A stretch of 64,000 bases of DNA from an uncultured Alphaproteobacteria bacterium (GCA_963782555.1 CAWAKB010000002.1:28308-92307); one strand, 5' to 3'; shown: positions 53,818 through 63,061, numbered from the stretch's first letter. The notes: generated by a model from the sequence alone, not told the origin. Translations and numbers: made by a program.

Positions 53818-54080
53818 CACTTTCGGCTGTTGATGTCCTTCAGGATCGCGTTGTCGAGCATCGTCTCGGCGAGCAGCTTCTTAAGCTTCGCGTTCTCGTC
53901 CTCGAGCGACTTCAGCCGCTTTGCGTCCGACACGTCCAGCCCGCCGAACTTCGACTTCCACTTGTAGAACGTCGCACCGCTGACCCCGTGCTTGCGGCAA
54001 ACATCCGCTGTCGGACGCCCTGCCTCCTGTTCCCGCAAGATCGCTATGATCTGCTCTTCCGAAAATCTGCTCTTACGCAT
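53814..54080 (-). CDS. IS3 transposase OrfA
   Basis: MRKSRFSEEQII...CRKHGVSGATFYKWKSKFGG...LEDENAKLKKLLA; ends CGA AAG TGG TGA. Confidence 0.93.
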   Translation of the reverse strand: MRKSRFSEEQIIAILREQEAGRPTADVCRKHGVSGATFYKWKSKFGGLDVSDAKRLKSLEDENAKLKKLLAETMLDNAILKDINSRKW

Positions 54081-54583
54081 CGTCCGTCTCCTCTCTGAGG
54101 TTACGGACTCTACCCAAATCTGGAGGAGATCGAGGGTCTCAGGTCACACGGTCGGCAATTCTCGTCTCTTTGACGGAGCGCCGGATCGCAAGCCAGATGC
54201 CGATCAAGCGGGACGCCGATCGGGAGCACTATTTGGACGCTTTCCACCGCGCGGGCTTGGACTAGCGTTGATCTCAGGCGCTGATCCCGGAGCCCTTTAT
54301 CGCGCTGCATCGTGCCGGTAGTAATCCTCCGCTGGCTTGATCTCCGTCCGCCAAAGGATCACGCGCTCGGAGTGGTCGGTGATGTCGGTGCGGTACCGCG
54401 CAACCGGAAAGTTGAGACAGACCGCCGTCAGCCGGCCGATCGCCCGCAGCAGAGTATACTCAGCAACTATGAGATTACGCTCGTCGCCGAGCCCTTACGC
54501 CGCGAGCGATTGCGAGGAAAGTAAAGCACGGGTTGAAACGGCCGCGATTGGCCTGAAGCAGGCGTCCCCTTCGGTGGCGAGGG

Positions 54584-54943
54584 TCATTTTTCGCGAATTG
54601 CCGGCTCTCTATTTTCGACGATCCATCGCATCACGTCGGCGGGCTTGCCTGCCGTCTGCTTGAGCCACTTGGTCATGCGCACGGTTTCACCGGGCTCGTT
54701 GCGCCAGAATTCCGTAACGAGATAAAGCCGCCACTTGAGGCGCGAGGCCTCCTCAAGGCGCAAGTGCAGAACCTCGACGTCAAAGCCGTACGTCTCCCCA
54801 TTGTAGCTGTGGCGGTCGAGGATGCATTCGACGCCACGCGCCTCCCATTTGTGCTTGCCGAGGCCGACGCTCGAGTTCTTCACGATGCGTTCGATATCGG
54901 TGATGACCCTCGCTCGTGACAATCTCCGCATGGGCTGAACCAC
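54584..54943 (-). CDS. Hypothetical protein at the end of the Ehr operon
   Basis: 119-aa ORF starting 11 bp after the hyfB-like stop. Confidence 0.65.
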   Translation of the reverse strand: MVQPMRRLSRARVITDIERIVKNSSVGLGKHKWEARGVECILDRHSYNGETYGFDVEVLHLRLEEASRLKWRLYLVTEFWRNEPGETVRMTKWLKQTAGKPADVMRWIVENREPAIREK

Positions 54944-54953
54944 GACGCTTTCC

Positions 54954-56948
54954 TTAGAGAAGCGCGATGAAAAGGATAACGAGAAGAAGCGCGCCGATGA
55001 GCGACAAGTAGACGTTCAGATGACCGGACTGGATTATCTGCAACCTGGCAGCCAGAGCGACGACCAGGCGCTCCAGCGGCGCGAAAAGATAGGGGCCGAA
55101 GATCGGTGCAACGTCGTGACGGAACAGCAACCGCCGGACGAAATATGGATGGCCGTTGCCCTCCTCGGCATGCTCCCGCTCGGTCTCCACGGTCGGCCTG
55201 TAAACGAAGCTGTAGAAGGTGCGCAGCGCGTTGGAGAATGTGAGAGCGGTCGTCGCCGAGCGCTGAGCATCCTGGCTGTGTCCGCCATACCAGACAGGGA
55301 CGACGCGCACCTGCCGCCGCCGCGTCAGGAGCAAAAGACTAAGCGGCAGCAGAGCGAGCAGCGGCATCGCGATGACGAGCTTCGTCGGCGAGATGAAGGC
55401 GAACTTGGCCGACAGCGGCACCAGCAGCCATCCGTCGTGCATTCTCGCTGCCGCATCGACCCCGAACCGGCTGGTGACGACCGGCTCGAGATTAGTCAGC
55501 CAAACCGGCATGCCGGCCGCCAGCACCAGGACCAGCAGCCCCAACACGCCAACGGCGACCGAGGTTGCCAAGGGCACCGGAGCGCTGCCTCGGGCTTCCC
55601 GCCCGAGCAGCCCGATGCCGAAGACCTTGATGTAGGTGGCGAAGGCGACGGCGGCGGTGAGCGCCAGGCCGGCGCCGGCCAAAGTAGCCACGAGGCGGCT
55701 GCTAAGGTGCGTGAGGTGAAATCCCTGGAAGAAGGTCTGGAACAGATACCATTCGCTGACGAAGCCCGCCTGCGGCGGCATCGCCGCCAGGCTCATCGCG
55801 GCAAAGAGCGCGCCTAGCCCGAAGATCCAGGGGCTCCGCGCCAAGATCCCGCGCTGCACCAGCGTATAGTCCGCGGTCGCGCGGTAGACGCCGTCGGCGG
55901 CAAGAAACATCGCACCTTTGGCCAGCGCGTGTGCGGCCAAATGCAAAAGGGCAACTGTCCATGCGAGCCCAGCCAGATCCATCAGCCCGTCCTGCCGGAA
56001 CATCAAGGCGGCGCCCAAGAGGCACACCGCGATCGAGCCGTTCTCGGCCGACGACAGACTTAGCAGCTCACGCCAGCGCTCCTGCTGAAACGCATAGAGC
56101 GCCGTGAGGATGGCGCTCAGCACCGCGACGGCAATCATGAAGATGCCCGGAATGGAGACCGGCAGGTCCTGGCTTGCGGGCATCCATTCGATGAAGGCCC
56201 GGCTCAGCCCGAAGAACGCTGCGTTGAGGATGATGCCGGAGAGCAGGGCGCCTGTGGCTCCGCTACCGGCGCCGTAGGCTCCGGGAAACCACTCGTAGAA
56301 GGGCAGCAACCCGAGTTTTGCGCCAAAGCCGATCAGCAGCAGAAACGCCACGAGGAGCTGCTCCGATTCCGGCATCGCGCGCGCAGCCGTGCCAAAGTCG
56401 GAGAAGGACAAGCTGCCGGCTTGCCCGGCCAACAGGAGGAAGGCGAGGAGCAAAGCCACGGAGCCGGCCTCCAGCAGCCCGAGCATGAACAAGGCGGGAC
56501 GACCCGACTCCGCGGCCAGATCGTCGCCCAAAATCATCACGGCCCCGCCGAGGCTCATGATCTCCCAGGCAATCAGGAAGCTCACGGCATCCTGCATGCC
56601 GAAGACTCCCAAAGCTCCGACAAGGCTCGCAGCCGCGCCGAAGATCCAAGTTCGCTGCGGGCGCATGGGCGTGCCAAGCCAGCACGCAAGGATGGCAGCC
56701 GGCAGTCCAAAACCCATGAGCCAGAGCGCGTCCGGCGCGAGCATAAAGATCGATCCAAAGGTGGCCATGCCGAGCGGCGTGTGGATCGGCGGCACACCCG
56801 ACGGGAGCATTTCGACGACAAGCATAAGGAGCACCACGCTGCCAATGCCGAGGATGGCGCGAGCGACGCGTGTGGCTCTTCCGGCAAGCGCGAGCACGGC
56901 CGCGCCCAACCACATCGCCAGGCAAAGTGCGAGGAGCTCATTCGACAA
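54954..56948 (-). CDS. hyfB: HyfB-like (NuoL/MrpA-type) proton-translocating subunit
   Basis: FLIAWEIMSL, GFGAKLGLLPF, SSAENG, HALAKGAMFL, PPQAGFVSEW. Confidence 0.85.
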   Translation of the reverse strand: MSNELLALCLAMWLGAAVLALAGRATRVARAILGIGSVVLLMLVVEMLPSGVPPIHTPLGMATFGSIFMLAPDALWLMGFGLPAAILACWLGTPMRPQRTWIFGAAASLVGALGVFGMQDAVSFLIAWEIMSLGGAVMILGDDLAAESGRPALFMLGLLEAGSVALLLAFLLLAGQAGSLSFSDFGTAARAMPESEQLLVAFLLLIGFGAKLGLLPFYEWFPGAYGAGSGATGALLSGIILNAAFFGLSRAFIEWMPASQDLPVSIPGIFMIAVAVLSAILTALYAFQQERWRELLSLSSAENGSIAVCLLGAALMFRQDGLMDLAGLAWTVALLHLAAHALAKGAMFLAADGVYRATADYTLVQRGILARSPWIFGLGALFAAMSLAAMPPQAGFVSEWYLFQTFFQGFHLTHLSSRLVATLAGAGLALTAAVAFATYIKVFGIGLLGREARGSAPVPLATSVAVGVLGLLVLVLAAGMPVWLTNLEPVVTSRFGVDAAARMHDGWLLVPLSAKFAFISPTKLVIAMPLLALLPLSLLLLTRRRQVRVVPVWYGGHSQDAQRSATTALTFSNALRTFYSFVYRPTVETEREHAEEGNGHPYFVRRLLFRHDVAPIFGPYLFAPLERLVVALAARLQIIQSGHLNVYLSLIGALLLVILFIALL

Positions 56949-57747
56949 GGCGTCCTCCTCTCACCCGTTGCGGAGCCCGGTCGAGGAACATGAGCAGCGC
57001 CTCGATCAACGCCGCCGGATTGGGCGGGCAGCCCGGCAGATAGAGGTCGACCGGCAAAACGCCTTCAAGGCCGGTGCCGCAGGAATAGCCGCCGCCCGCG
57101 ATGCCGCCGGAGACGGCGCAAGTCCCGACGGCCATCACCCAACGCGGCTCCGGCATCGCCTCGTAGGTCTGTAGTAGGGGCCCGTGCATGGCGTAGGTCA
57201 CGGGGCCGGTGACGAGGAGAAGGTCGGCGAAACGCGGCGACGGCGTGAAGAAGATGCCCAGCCGGTGCAGGTTGTAGAACGGGTTGTTGAGGGCCTGCAG
57301 CTCCGATTCGCAGCCGTTACAGGAGCCAGAGTTGACATGGCGAATGTGCAGGCTTCGGCGAAAACCGGCGCGCGATTCCGGCGGCTTGCGCTTCTCCGCG
57401 GCTCGATCGCTGCCCGCCGGCAGCACGAGATCGGAGCGGTCGCTGACGCCGAACGCCCAATCGTAAGATGTGGAGGCCGCCTCCGTCGGACAGGCCTCGA
57501 CGCAAAGCTGACAGACGACACAGCGGCCGTAGTCGACCTCCATGCGCGCGTCGCCGGCACGCTCGGGATGACACGTGATCGCCTCGGTTGGGCACACGGC
57601 CGCGCACGCGCTGCAGCCCTCCTCGCATTGCTCTAGGTCAAACCGCGGCATTCCGAGCACGCCGTCTTGCCCAGAGTCGCGGCCAGGACTTGGCCAAGGC
57701 GTCGTTGCCTTTCCTTTCTGCAGGCCGAACAGTGTCCACAGCGGCAT
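56938..57747 (-). CDS. Fused 2x[4Fe-4S] ferredoxin (NuoI/HyfH-like) and NuoB/HyfI-like small subunit
   Basis: CSACAAVCP, CVVCQLCVEACP, SGSCNGCESE, SPRFAD, GTCA, PGCPP. Confidence 0.9.
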   Translation of the reverse strand: MPLWTLFGLQKGKATTPWPSPGRDSGQDGVLGMPRFDLEQCEEGCSACAAVCPTEAITCHPERAGDARMEVDYGRCVVCQLCVEACPTEAASTSYDWAFGVSDRSDLVLPAGSDRAAEKRKPPESRAGFRRSLHIRHVNSGSCNGCESELQALNNPFYNLHRLGIFFTPSPRFADLLLVTGPVTYAMHGPLLQTYEAMPEPRWVMAVGTCAVSGGIAGGGYSCGTGLEGVLPVDLYLPGCPPNPAALIEALLMFLDRAPQRVRGGRLVE

Positions 57748-57755
57748 GGCGCCTC

Positions 57756-59267
57756 CTAGCGATCGCAACCGGCCACGGTGAGGCCGAAGCTCGCCTCGTT
57801 GATGGCGTAGTCCATCATGTTGCTGTCGTGCACGGTGAACGGGAACACCCGCCAGTTCGAGAACGAAGGTGATTTGATCTTGACGCGCGCGAGTGCGCCG
57901 TCGTTGCCGACGTGGACCGCATAAAACAGGGAGCCGCGCGGCGTCTCCGCCCAGCCAAGCCCTTCGCTATCGGGGGACGGCTCACATTCGGTGCGCGCGG
58001 GACCCTCAGCGAGCAAGGGCAGAACGTTCTGAATGAGTGCGACGCTCGCATCGATCTCGGCGATGCGCACTTGTGCGCGGGCATGGGCGTCTCCGCTCGT
58101 CCTTGCGGGGACGGTGAGCGGAAGACCGCCATAGGCCGCGTAAGGGTGATCGCGACGCAGATCGCGGTCGAGCCCGGAGGCGCGCTCGATCGGTCCCGTT
58201 GCCCCCTGATCGAAGGCAACCTCGCGACTGAGAACGCCGGTTGTCATCAGACGGTCGAGGTAGCTGTTTGTCGACTCCAGCATGGCTGCGTAGGTGGCAA
58301 CGTCCTTGTGCAGGCTCTCTAGTGCTTTGCCGAGCCACGGTTCCGGAACCAAGTTGCGACGAAGCCCGCCCGGTATGAGCAGTCCGCGCAGGAAGCGGCT
58401 GCCGGTCAAGCGTCCGTTGATCTGCTTGGCGCGCTCCTCGAGCAGCTTTCCCTCGGCATTGCCGGCCTTGAGGGTCGTCGTATCCGCCAAATGCCCGAGG
58501 TAGTGCAGGTGGTTGTAAAGACGCTCGAGCTCTGCCAGCAGCGAGCGCAGTAGAAGCGCACGTCGAGGGACGGCGCAGCCGGCCGCGTGCTCGACGGCCT
58601 GGCAGAAGGCAAGGCCCTGCGCGAAGCTGCCGACGCCCGAGACGCGCTCCGCGAGCACCACCGCGCCGGCGGGCGTCCGTCCCTCGAACCGCTTCTCCAT
58701 GCCGCGATGCTTGAAGAAGAGCTGCGGATGCAGGTGCAAGATGTGCTCGCCGACGTAGAAGAAGATGAGCTCGGCCGACTCGACGACGTCGGCGCGCACC
58801 GGCCCGAACGGCAAACGCTGCACGTCGGAGCTCTGCATTTCAGGCATCCGGCTTGCAGCCGGCTTGAACGGCATCGGCGTTCCGACGGGATAGACCGGAT
58901 CGAGCGGCGGCGTCACCGGCCTCGCGCCCTGATGCAGCACGAGGCGATGCGGCTCCGGATGGCCTGAAAATTCCAATCCGTAGAGGTCGGTGATCTCGCG
59001 CTCGTACCAGCCCAGAAGCGGGCTGATGCCGGCGACGCTCGGAACTGGGCCCCGCGCATCGCAGCGCCAGACAAGAAAGTCTTGGCCGGGCGCACGGCTC
59101 GCGACATAACGAAGCTCGAGCCGGTCGCGGCTCGGATACCAAGCGTAGGCCATCTGCATCCGGCCGCCGCTCTCGATCAGCTTGGCGACGGCGCGCGGCA
59201 GCTGCTCGGGCTCGATTGCAACGAGCTCGGCTCCAGCCATCCTCGCGGTTGTGGCACCGGTGGTCAT
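57756..59267 (-). CDS. HycE/NuoCD-like large subunit lacking NiFe CxxC ligands (Ehr type)
   Basis: WYEREI, FKHRGMEKRFE, ERVSGVG (no Cys), ELERLYNH, ETPRG, PSFSNW, ASFGLTVAGCDR. Confidence 0.9.
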   Translation of the reverse strand: MTTGATTARMAGAELVAIEPEQLPRAVAKLIESGGRMQMAYAWYPSRDRLELRYVASRAPGQDFLVWRCDARGPVPSVAGISPLLGWYEREITDLYGLEFSGHPEPHRLVLHQGARPVTPPLDPVYPVGTPMPFKPAASRMPEMQSSDVQRLPFGPVRADVVESAELIFFYVGEHILHLHPQLFFKHRGMEKRFEGRTPAGAVVLAERVSGVGSFAQGLAFCQAVEHAAGCAVPRRALLLRSLLAELERLYNHLHYLGHLADTTTLKAGNAEGKLLEERAKQINGRLTGSRFLRGLLIPGGLRRNLVPEPWLGKALESLHKDVATYAAMLESTNSYLDRLMTTGVLSREVAFDQGATGPIERASGLDRDLRRDHPYAAYGGLPLTVPARTSGDAHARAQVRIAEIDASVALIQNVLPLLAEGPARTECEPSPDSEGLGWAETPRGSLFYAVHVGNDGALARVKIKSPSFSNWRVFPFTVHDSNMMDYAINEASFGLTVAGCDR

Positions 59268-60730
59268 GGCACCCCCGGTGACAGCATTTGGGCGATGGAG
59301 GTGACGTAGTCCCAGATTCCGGTCGGCCACCACAGGCCCAGGACCAGCAGGGGAGCCAAGGACAGCCACATCGGCAGCGTGCACCAAGCGCTCAGCCTGC
59401 CGCGCGAGGGTGCATCGGCCGCCGGCGCCCCGTAGTACATGATCCGGAATTGATTCATGAAGCCGATGAAGATGACGATCAGGAGCACGGCCATTGCATA
59501 GACGGCCCACGAGAAGGACGGCCTGAGACCGGCGCGCATGACCGTGAACTCGCTGAGGAACAGGCCGAAGGGCGGCGCTCCGGTGATGGCTACGGCGCCC
59601 GCAAGCCATAGCGCCCCTTCTACGGGAAAGCGGCGCCCGACGCCGCGGATGAGCGCAATCTCCTTCGTGCCGTAGGCTCGCATCATGTTGCCGGCGCCGA
59701 AGAACATCAGCGACTTGTTCAAGGAGTGATTGAGCATGTGGTAGAGCGCGCCGGCGACGCCCAGGGCGCCGCCGAAGCCGAAGCCGAGCGCGACCACGCC
59801 CATATGCTCGACGCTGGAGTACGCCATCAGGCGCTTGATGCCCCGCTGCCGCACGATGAAAAGTGCTCCGATCAACAACGACAGGACGCCGAACGCGACC
59901 AGCGCCAGTTCCGGCAGCGGACCAAGATTGGCCTGCCGGACGATGCCGAGGAAACGCACGATCCCAACCATCGCAGTGTTCAAGAGCGCGCCCGAGAGCA
60001 TCGCTGAAACGGGCGCCGGGCTCTCGCTGTGCGCATCCGGCAGCCAGCTGTGCATGGGCGCGAGACCGACTTTGGTGCCATAGCCGACGAGAACCAGCAG
60101 GAAGGCCAGCACGAGCAAGACGGCGTTCATGTTGGGAGCCGCTTCACTGAGCTTCGCCCAGGTCATCTGGTAAGTCGGACCGAGCACGAAGGTTCCGGCC
60201 CAGTAGAAGAGCACCGTGCCAAGCAGTGCCAGACTGATCCCGGCCGAGACGACCATGATGTATTTCCATGCCGCCTCCATGCTCTCGGCGACACGCTCGA
60301 AAGCGACGAGAAAAGTGCTGACCAGCGTGGTCAGCTCGATGGCGATCCAATAGAGCCCGATATTGTTCATCAGCGGCCCGATGAACGTCGTCAGGGCGAA
60401 AGCCGCAAACAGCGCGTAGAATTTGTAGAGTTGGCGCTCCTCATTCAGCAGCCGCATGTAGCCGACGGCATAGATCGAGGCGAGGAAGTAGACGATGGAC
60501 GTACAAAGGATGACCCAGGCGGAGAGCCGATCGATGAGGACGTAGTCGTTCCAAAATAAAAGTCCCTGCCCGTCGACCAGGAACGGCAGCGGCAGCGCAC
60601 ACGCGAAGGACACGGCGCTGGCGACAAGATTGGAGACCTCGGACCAGCGGGGTTGACGCACCACGACGCACCCGATCACCGCCAGCAGCGGCGCCATAAC
60701 GAGGCCAAGGATGAGCGCCCCGATCGTCAT
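59264..60730 (-). CDS. hyfF: Hydrogenase-4 component F-like antiporter subunit
   Basis: WIAIELTTL, EAAWKY, GYGTKVGLAPMHSWLPDAHSESP, AYSSVEHMG; ATGA overlaps at both ends. Confidence 0.9.
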   Translation of the reverse strand: MTIGALILGLVMAPLLAVIGCVVVRQPRWSEVSNLVASAVSFACALPLPFLVDGQGLLFWNDYVLIDRLSAWVILCTSIVYFLASIYAVGYMRLLNEERQLYKFYALFAAFALTTFIGPLMNNIGLYWIAIELTTLVSTFLVAFERVAESMEAAWKYIMVVSAGISLALLGTVLFYWAGTFVLGPTYQMTWAKLSEAAPNMNAVLLVLAFLLVLVGYGTKVGLAPMHSWLPDAHSESPAPVSAMLSGALLNTAMVGIVRFLGIVRQANLGPLPELALVAFGVLSLLIGALFIVRQRGIKRLMAYSSVEHMGVVALGFGFGGALGVAGALYHMLNHSLNKSLMFFGAGNMMRAYGTKEIALIRGVGRRFPVEGALWLAGAVAITGAPPFGLFLSEFTVMRAGLRPSFSWAVYAMAVLLIVIFIGFMNQFRIMYYGAPAADAPSRGRLSAWCTLPMWLSLAPLLVLGLWWPTGIWDYVTSIAQMLSPGVP

Positions 60731-61408
60731 CCCACCAGCCTCTTGAGATCGAGGCTGCTCGTCGTGCCGATATGAGTTCTGGAGATACCCGACCAGCACA
60801 CCGAAGCACGCCACGATGATGAGCAGATCGAAGAGGATGACGAGCTCGAACAGCAGCGGCATCCCTGGCACAAGGATTTGCGAGCCGAGAAAGATGCCGT
60901 TCTCGAGCACGAGCAGTCCGAGGATCTGGCTGATGGCCTCATAGCGAACCGTGAGCATGAGGAAGCCAATGAGCTTCATCGACAGCATGACCGTCAGCGC
61001 CAGGACGACCACGGTCAGCTCCAGGTTTAGGTCGGCGGCGATCCTGAAGGATACCGAGAGGGCGAACATCACGAACAATGCGCCGAGCACCAGACTCGTG
61101 CTCGGCTGCAGGACCACGTGGATTTCGCGGTTCACATCCAGGCGGCGGATGATCCGCCAGACCAGGTAGGGAAGGAGCAGCCCGCGAAAGAGCGCCGTCA
61201 GAAGCGCGACGAGGTAGAGCTCGGGATAGTCTCCGTAAAAGGCTATGGCGGCGGAGAGGACGGCGATGGCCCACGATTCGGCTGCGAACGCGTAGAGATA
61301 GTTCTTGAGCCAACGCGAGCCGAGCATGACGAAAGACAGCAGCAGGCTCACGATCGCAAGCAGGCTGAACAGCGATGAAGCGAGCGGGTCGAGGTGCTGG
61401 ATCAACAT
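60727..61408 (-). CDS. hyfE: Hydrogenase-4 component E-like subunit; +1 indel near 60780
   Basis: GLLLPYL, SQILGLLVLENG, GMPLLFELVILFD; natural end HIGTTSSLDLKRLVG in the shifted frame. Confidence 0.85.
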
Positions 61409-61414
61409 GGGGCT

Positions 61415-62359
61415 CTAGCTCAGCTGAGTGCCGACGATCGCCAGGACCGCCAGCAGGAATGATGCGGCGAGCGGCTCCTGATAACGGTAGAAGCGCAGGC
61501 GCGACTGCGCGGTCTCGACCAACACGACAAGGCAGGCGACGGCCATGAACTTGACGATGAGCCCAGCCGCCGCTCCGGCAGCACCGAGTGCCGTGCCTTC
61601 GATCGACAGGCCCCAGGGCAGGATCAGCACGTTGCAGAAGATCGTGTAGAGAATGAATTGCTTCATGGCCGAGGCCCATTTGAGCAGCGCCAGGAGCGGC
61701 CCGGAGTATTCCAGGATGCGCCCCTCCTCGATCATGTAGACCTCGATATGCGTGCTCGAATGGATCGGCATGCGGTCCGTCTCGACCAGCAAAAGGATGA
61801 AGAAGGCCGCCACCAGCAACAGATGCGCGGGGCTCCAGTAGGCCGCCCAACTCGACACCAGCAAATGGTTGACCACGAAGGGCAGCATCGCTTTGGCGAG
61901 TAGCGTGATGCCGACAAAGACGAGGATCAGCGTCGGCTCGGCGAGGATCGCCACCATCACCGCCCGGCTCGAGCCGATGCCGCCGTATGCACTCGCGGTG
62001 TCGAGCCCGGCAAGGATGATCATGAACGATCCGAGTGTGAGAATGAGCCCGCCGCCGAGAATGTCGCCCATATCCGAGAGCGGCAGCGGGAAGTTCGTGA
62101 GCACCGGGATCAGAATCGGCACCGTGAGCATGCACGTGAAGGCGACGACGGGCGCCGTCCAGAACAGCCACGAGGCCGTCTCGGGCACGACGATCTGCTT
62201 GTGAAAGAGCTTCCACAGGTCGCGGTAGGGCTGGAAGATTCCGGGACCTTGCGCGCGTTGAACGCGCTCTTCGAATTGAATGATGATGCCCTGAATGAGC
62301 GGTGACAGAAGCAGCACCGTCAGCACTTGGGCGATCTGTAGAAGAAGATCGCGGATCAC
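61415..62359 (-). CDS. hyfC: HyfC/NuoH-like membrane subunit
   Basis: QRAQGPGIFQPYRDLWKLFHK, GGIGSSR, ETDRMP, SGPLLAL. Confidence 0.9.
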   Translation of the reverse strand: MIRDLLLQIAQVLTVLLLSPLIQGIIIQFEERVQRAQGPGIFQPYRDLWKLFHKQIVVPETASWLFWTAPVVAFTCMLTVPILIPVLTNFPLPLSDMGDILGGGLILTLGSFMIILAGLDTASAYGGIGSSRAVMVAILAEPTLILVFVGITLLAKAMLPFVVNHLLVSSWAAYWSPAHLLLVAAFFILLLVETDRMPIHSSTHIEVYMIEEGRILEYSGPLLALLKWASAMKQFILYTIFCNVLILPWGLSIEGTALGAAGAAAGLIVKFMAVACLVVLVETAQSRLRFYRYQEPLAASFLLAVLAIVGTQLS

Positions 62360-62457
62360 GGTGACGATGCTCCGTCACCAAAAATGCTCGCCGCCTCGTT
62401 GCCGGGCTTGGCAAATCGTTGCGCGGCTAGCGCGCACTTATCGGCGGGGTCCGCCAT
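62356..62457 (-). CDS. 33-aa leader ORF overlapping the hyfC start (or frameshifted HyfC N-terminus)
   Basis: AAGGAG SD 8 nt upstream; MADPADKCALAAQRFAKPGNEAASIFGDGASSP*; TGA overlaps GTG. Confidence 0.45.
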   Translation of the reverse strand: MADPADKCALAAQRFAKPGNEAASIFGDGASSP

Positions 62458-62490
62458 AGCGACCGCTCCTTCTCCCTCACGGGAGGACAA

Positions 62491-62540
62491 GGAGGAGTCA
62501 TCAGCCCCAGGGCGGTTATACGGCCAACTCCATGGCCTTA
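62491..62540 (-). ncRNA. Fluoride (crcB-motif) riboswitch upstream of the Ehr operon
   Basis: Minus strand GGCCATGGAGTTGGCC-GTATAACCGCCCTGGGGCTGATGACTCCT; compensatory P1 pairing, GGAGT/ACTCC pseudoknot. Confidence 0.85.
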
Positions 62541-62552
62541 CGCCAAGCTTTC

Positions 62553-62581
62553 TAGCTAGCTGGGAGTTTAAGGCATGTCAA
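62553..62581 (-). promoter_or_regulatory. Probable sigma70-type promoter for the riboswitch-Ehr transcript
   Basis: TTGACA at 62581-62576, 17-bp spacer, weak -10 TAGCTA. Confidence 0.45.
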
Positions 62582-62592
62582 CAAACCGCACG

Positions 62593-62937
62593 TTATCCCG
62601 TGCTGTTCGGTGGGCCGTAGCAGAGGACCTGCACCTTCTCCAAAGTAACCAGTCCGCCGGTCATCATTGCATCGAGGATAGGAAGGAACGCATCAATCTT
62701 CGCTTCGCTGTCGACGATCTCTATGACCACCGGCAGATTTTCGGCGAGCCGCAGAATCTTGGTCGTATGCAGAAGGCACGAGCGGCCGAACCCCATTGGA
62801 CCGCGGAGGACTGTGGCGCCGGCGAGATGCGCCTCTCGTGCACGAAAAATGATCGCCTCATAGAGGGGCCGGCCATTCACCCTATCGTTTTCGCCGACGA
62901 AAATTCGCAGCAGCTTTGCGTCATTGGGGACGGTCAT
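62593..62937 (-). CDS. DUF190 family (PII-like) protein
   Basis: LLRIFVGEND, LAGATVLRGPMGFG, LAENLPVVIEIVD, GGLVTLEKV. Confidence 0.93.
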   Translation of the reverse strand: MTVPNDAKLLRIFVGENDRVNGRPLYEAIIFRAREAHLAGATVLRGPMGFGRSCLLHTTKILRLAENLPVVIEIVDSEAKIDAFLPILDAMMTGGLVTLEKVQVLCYGPPNSTG

Positions 62938-63061
62938 GGCGTGACTTCTCCCAAGGTAGGCTCAACTGGCGTCACGCATTTGGCCCGCTCTCAAGATGGC
63001 GCGAACACAAACCCATTATACGGCGGGCTTGTGAGCAATCTCCCACCGCTAGCGTCCTGCG

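Larger units (their letters stand above)
52915..54148 (-). mobile_element. IS3-family (IS407 group-like) insertion sequence, 1234 bp
   Basis: Inverted ends (T/C)GTGACCTGAGACCCT; orfA/orfB organisation. Confidence 0.92.

Noticed and set aside
54150-54580. Short ORFs between the IS and the Ehr terminal gene
   Set aside because: No recognisable SD, motif or consistent coding pattern; probably a remnant or intergenic DNA
59264-61408. 714-aa HyfE-HyfF fusion in the ORF track
   Set aside because: Removing one base near 60780 restores a normal HyfE end whose TGA overlaps the HyfF ATG, the same coupling used elsewhere in the operon
54954-62359. Functional group 4 [NiFe]-hydrogenase or formate hydrogenlyase
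   Set aside because: Large subunit lacks both CxxC Ni-binding motifs; no hyp or fdh genes in the window
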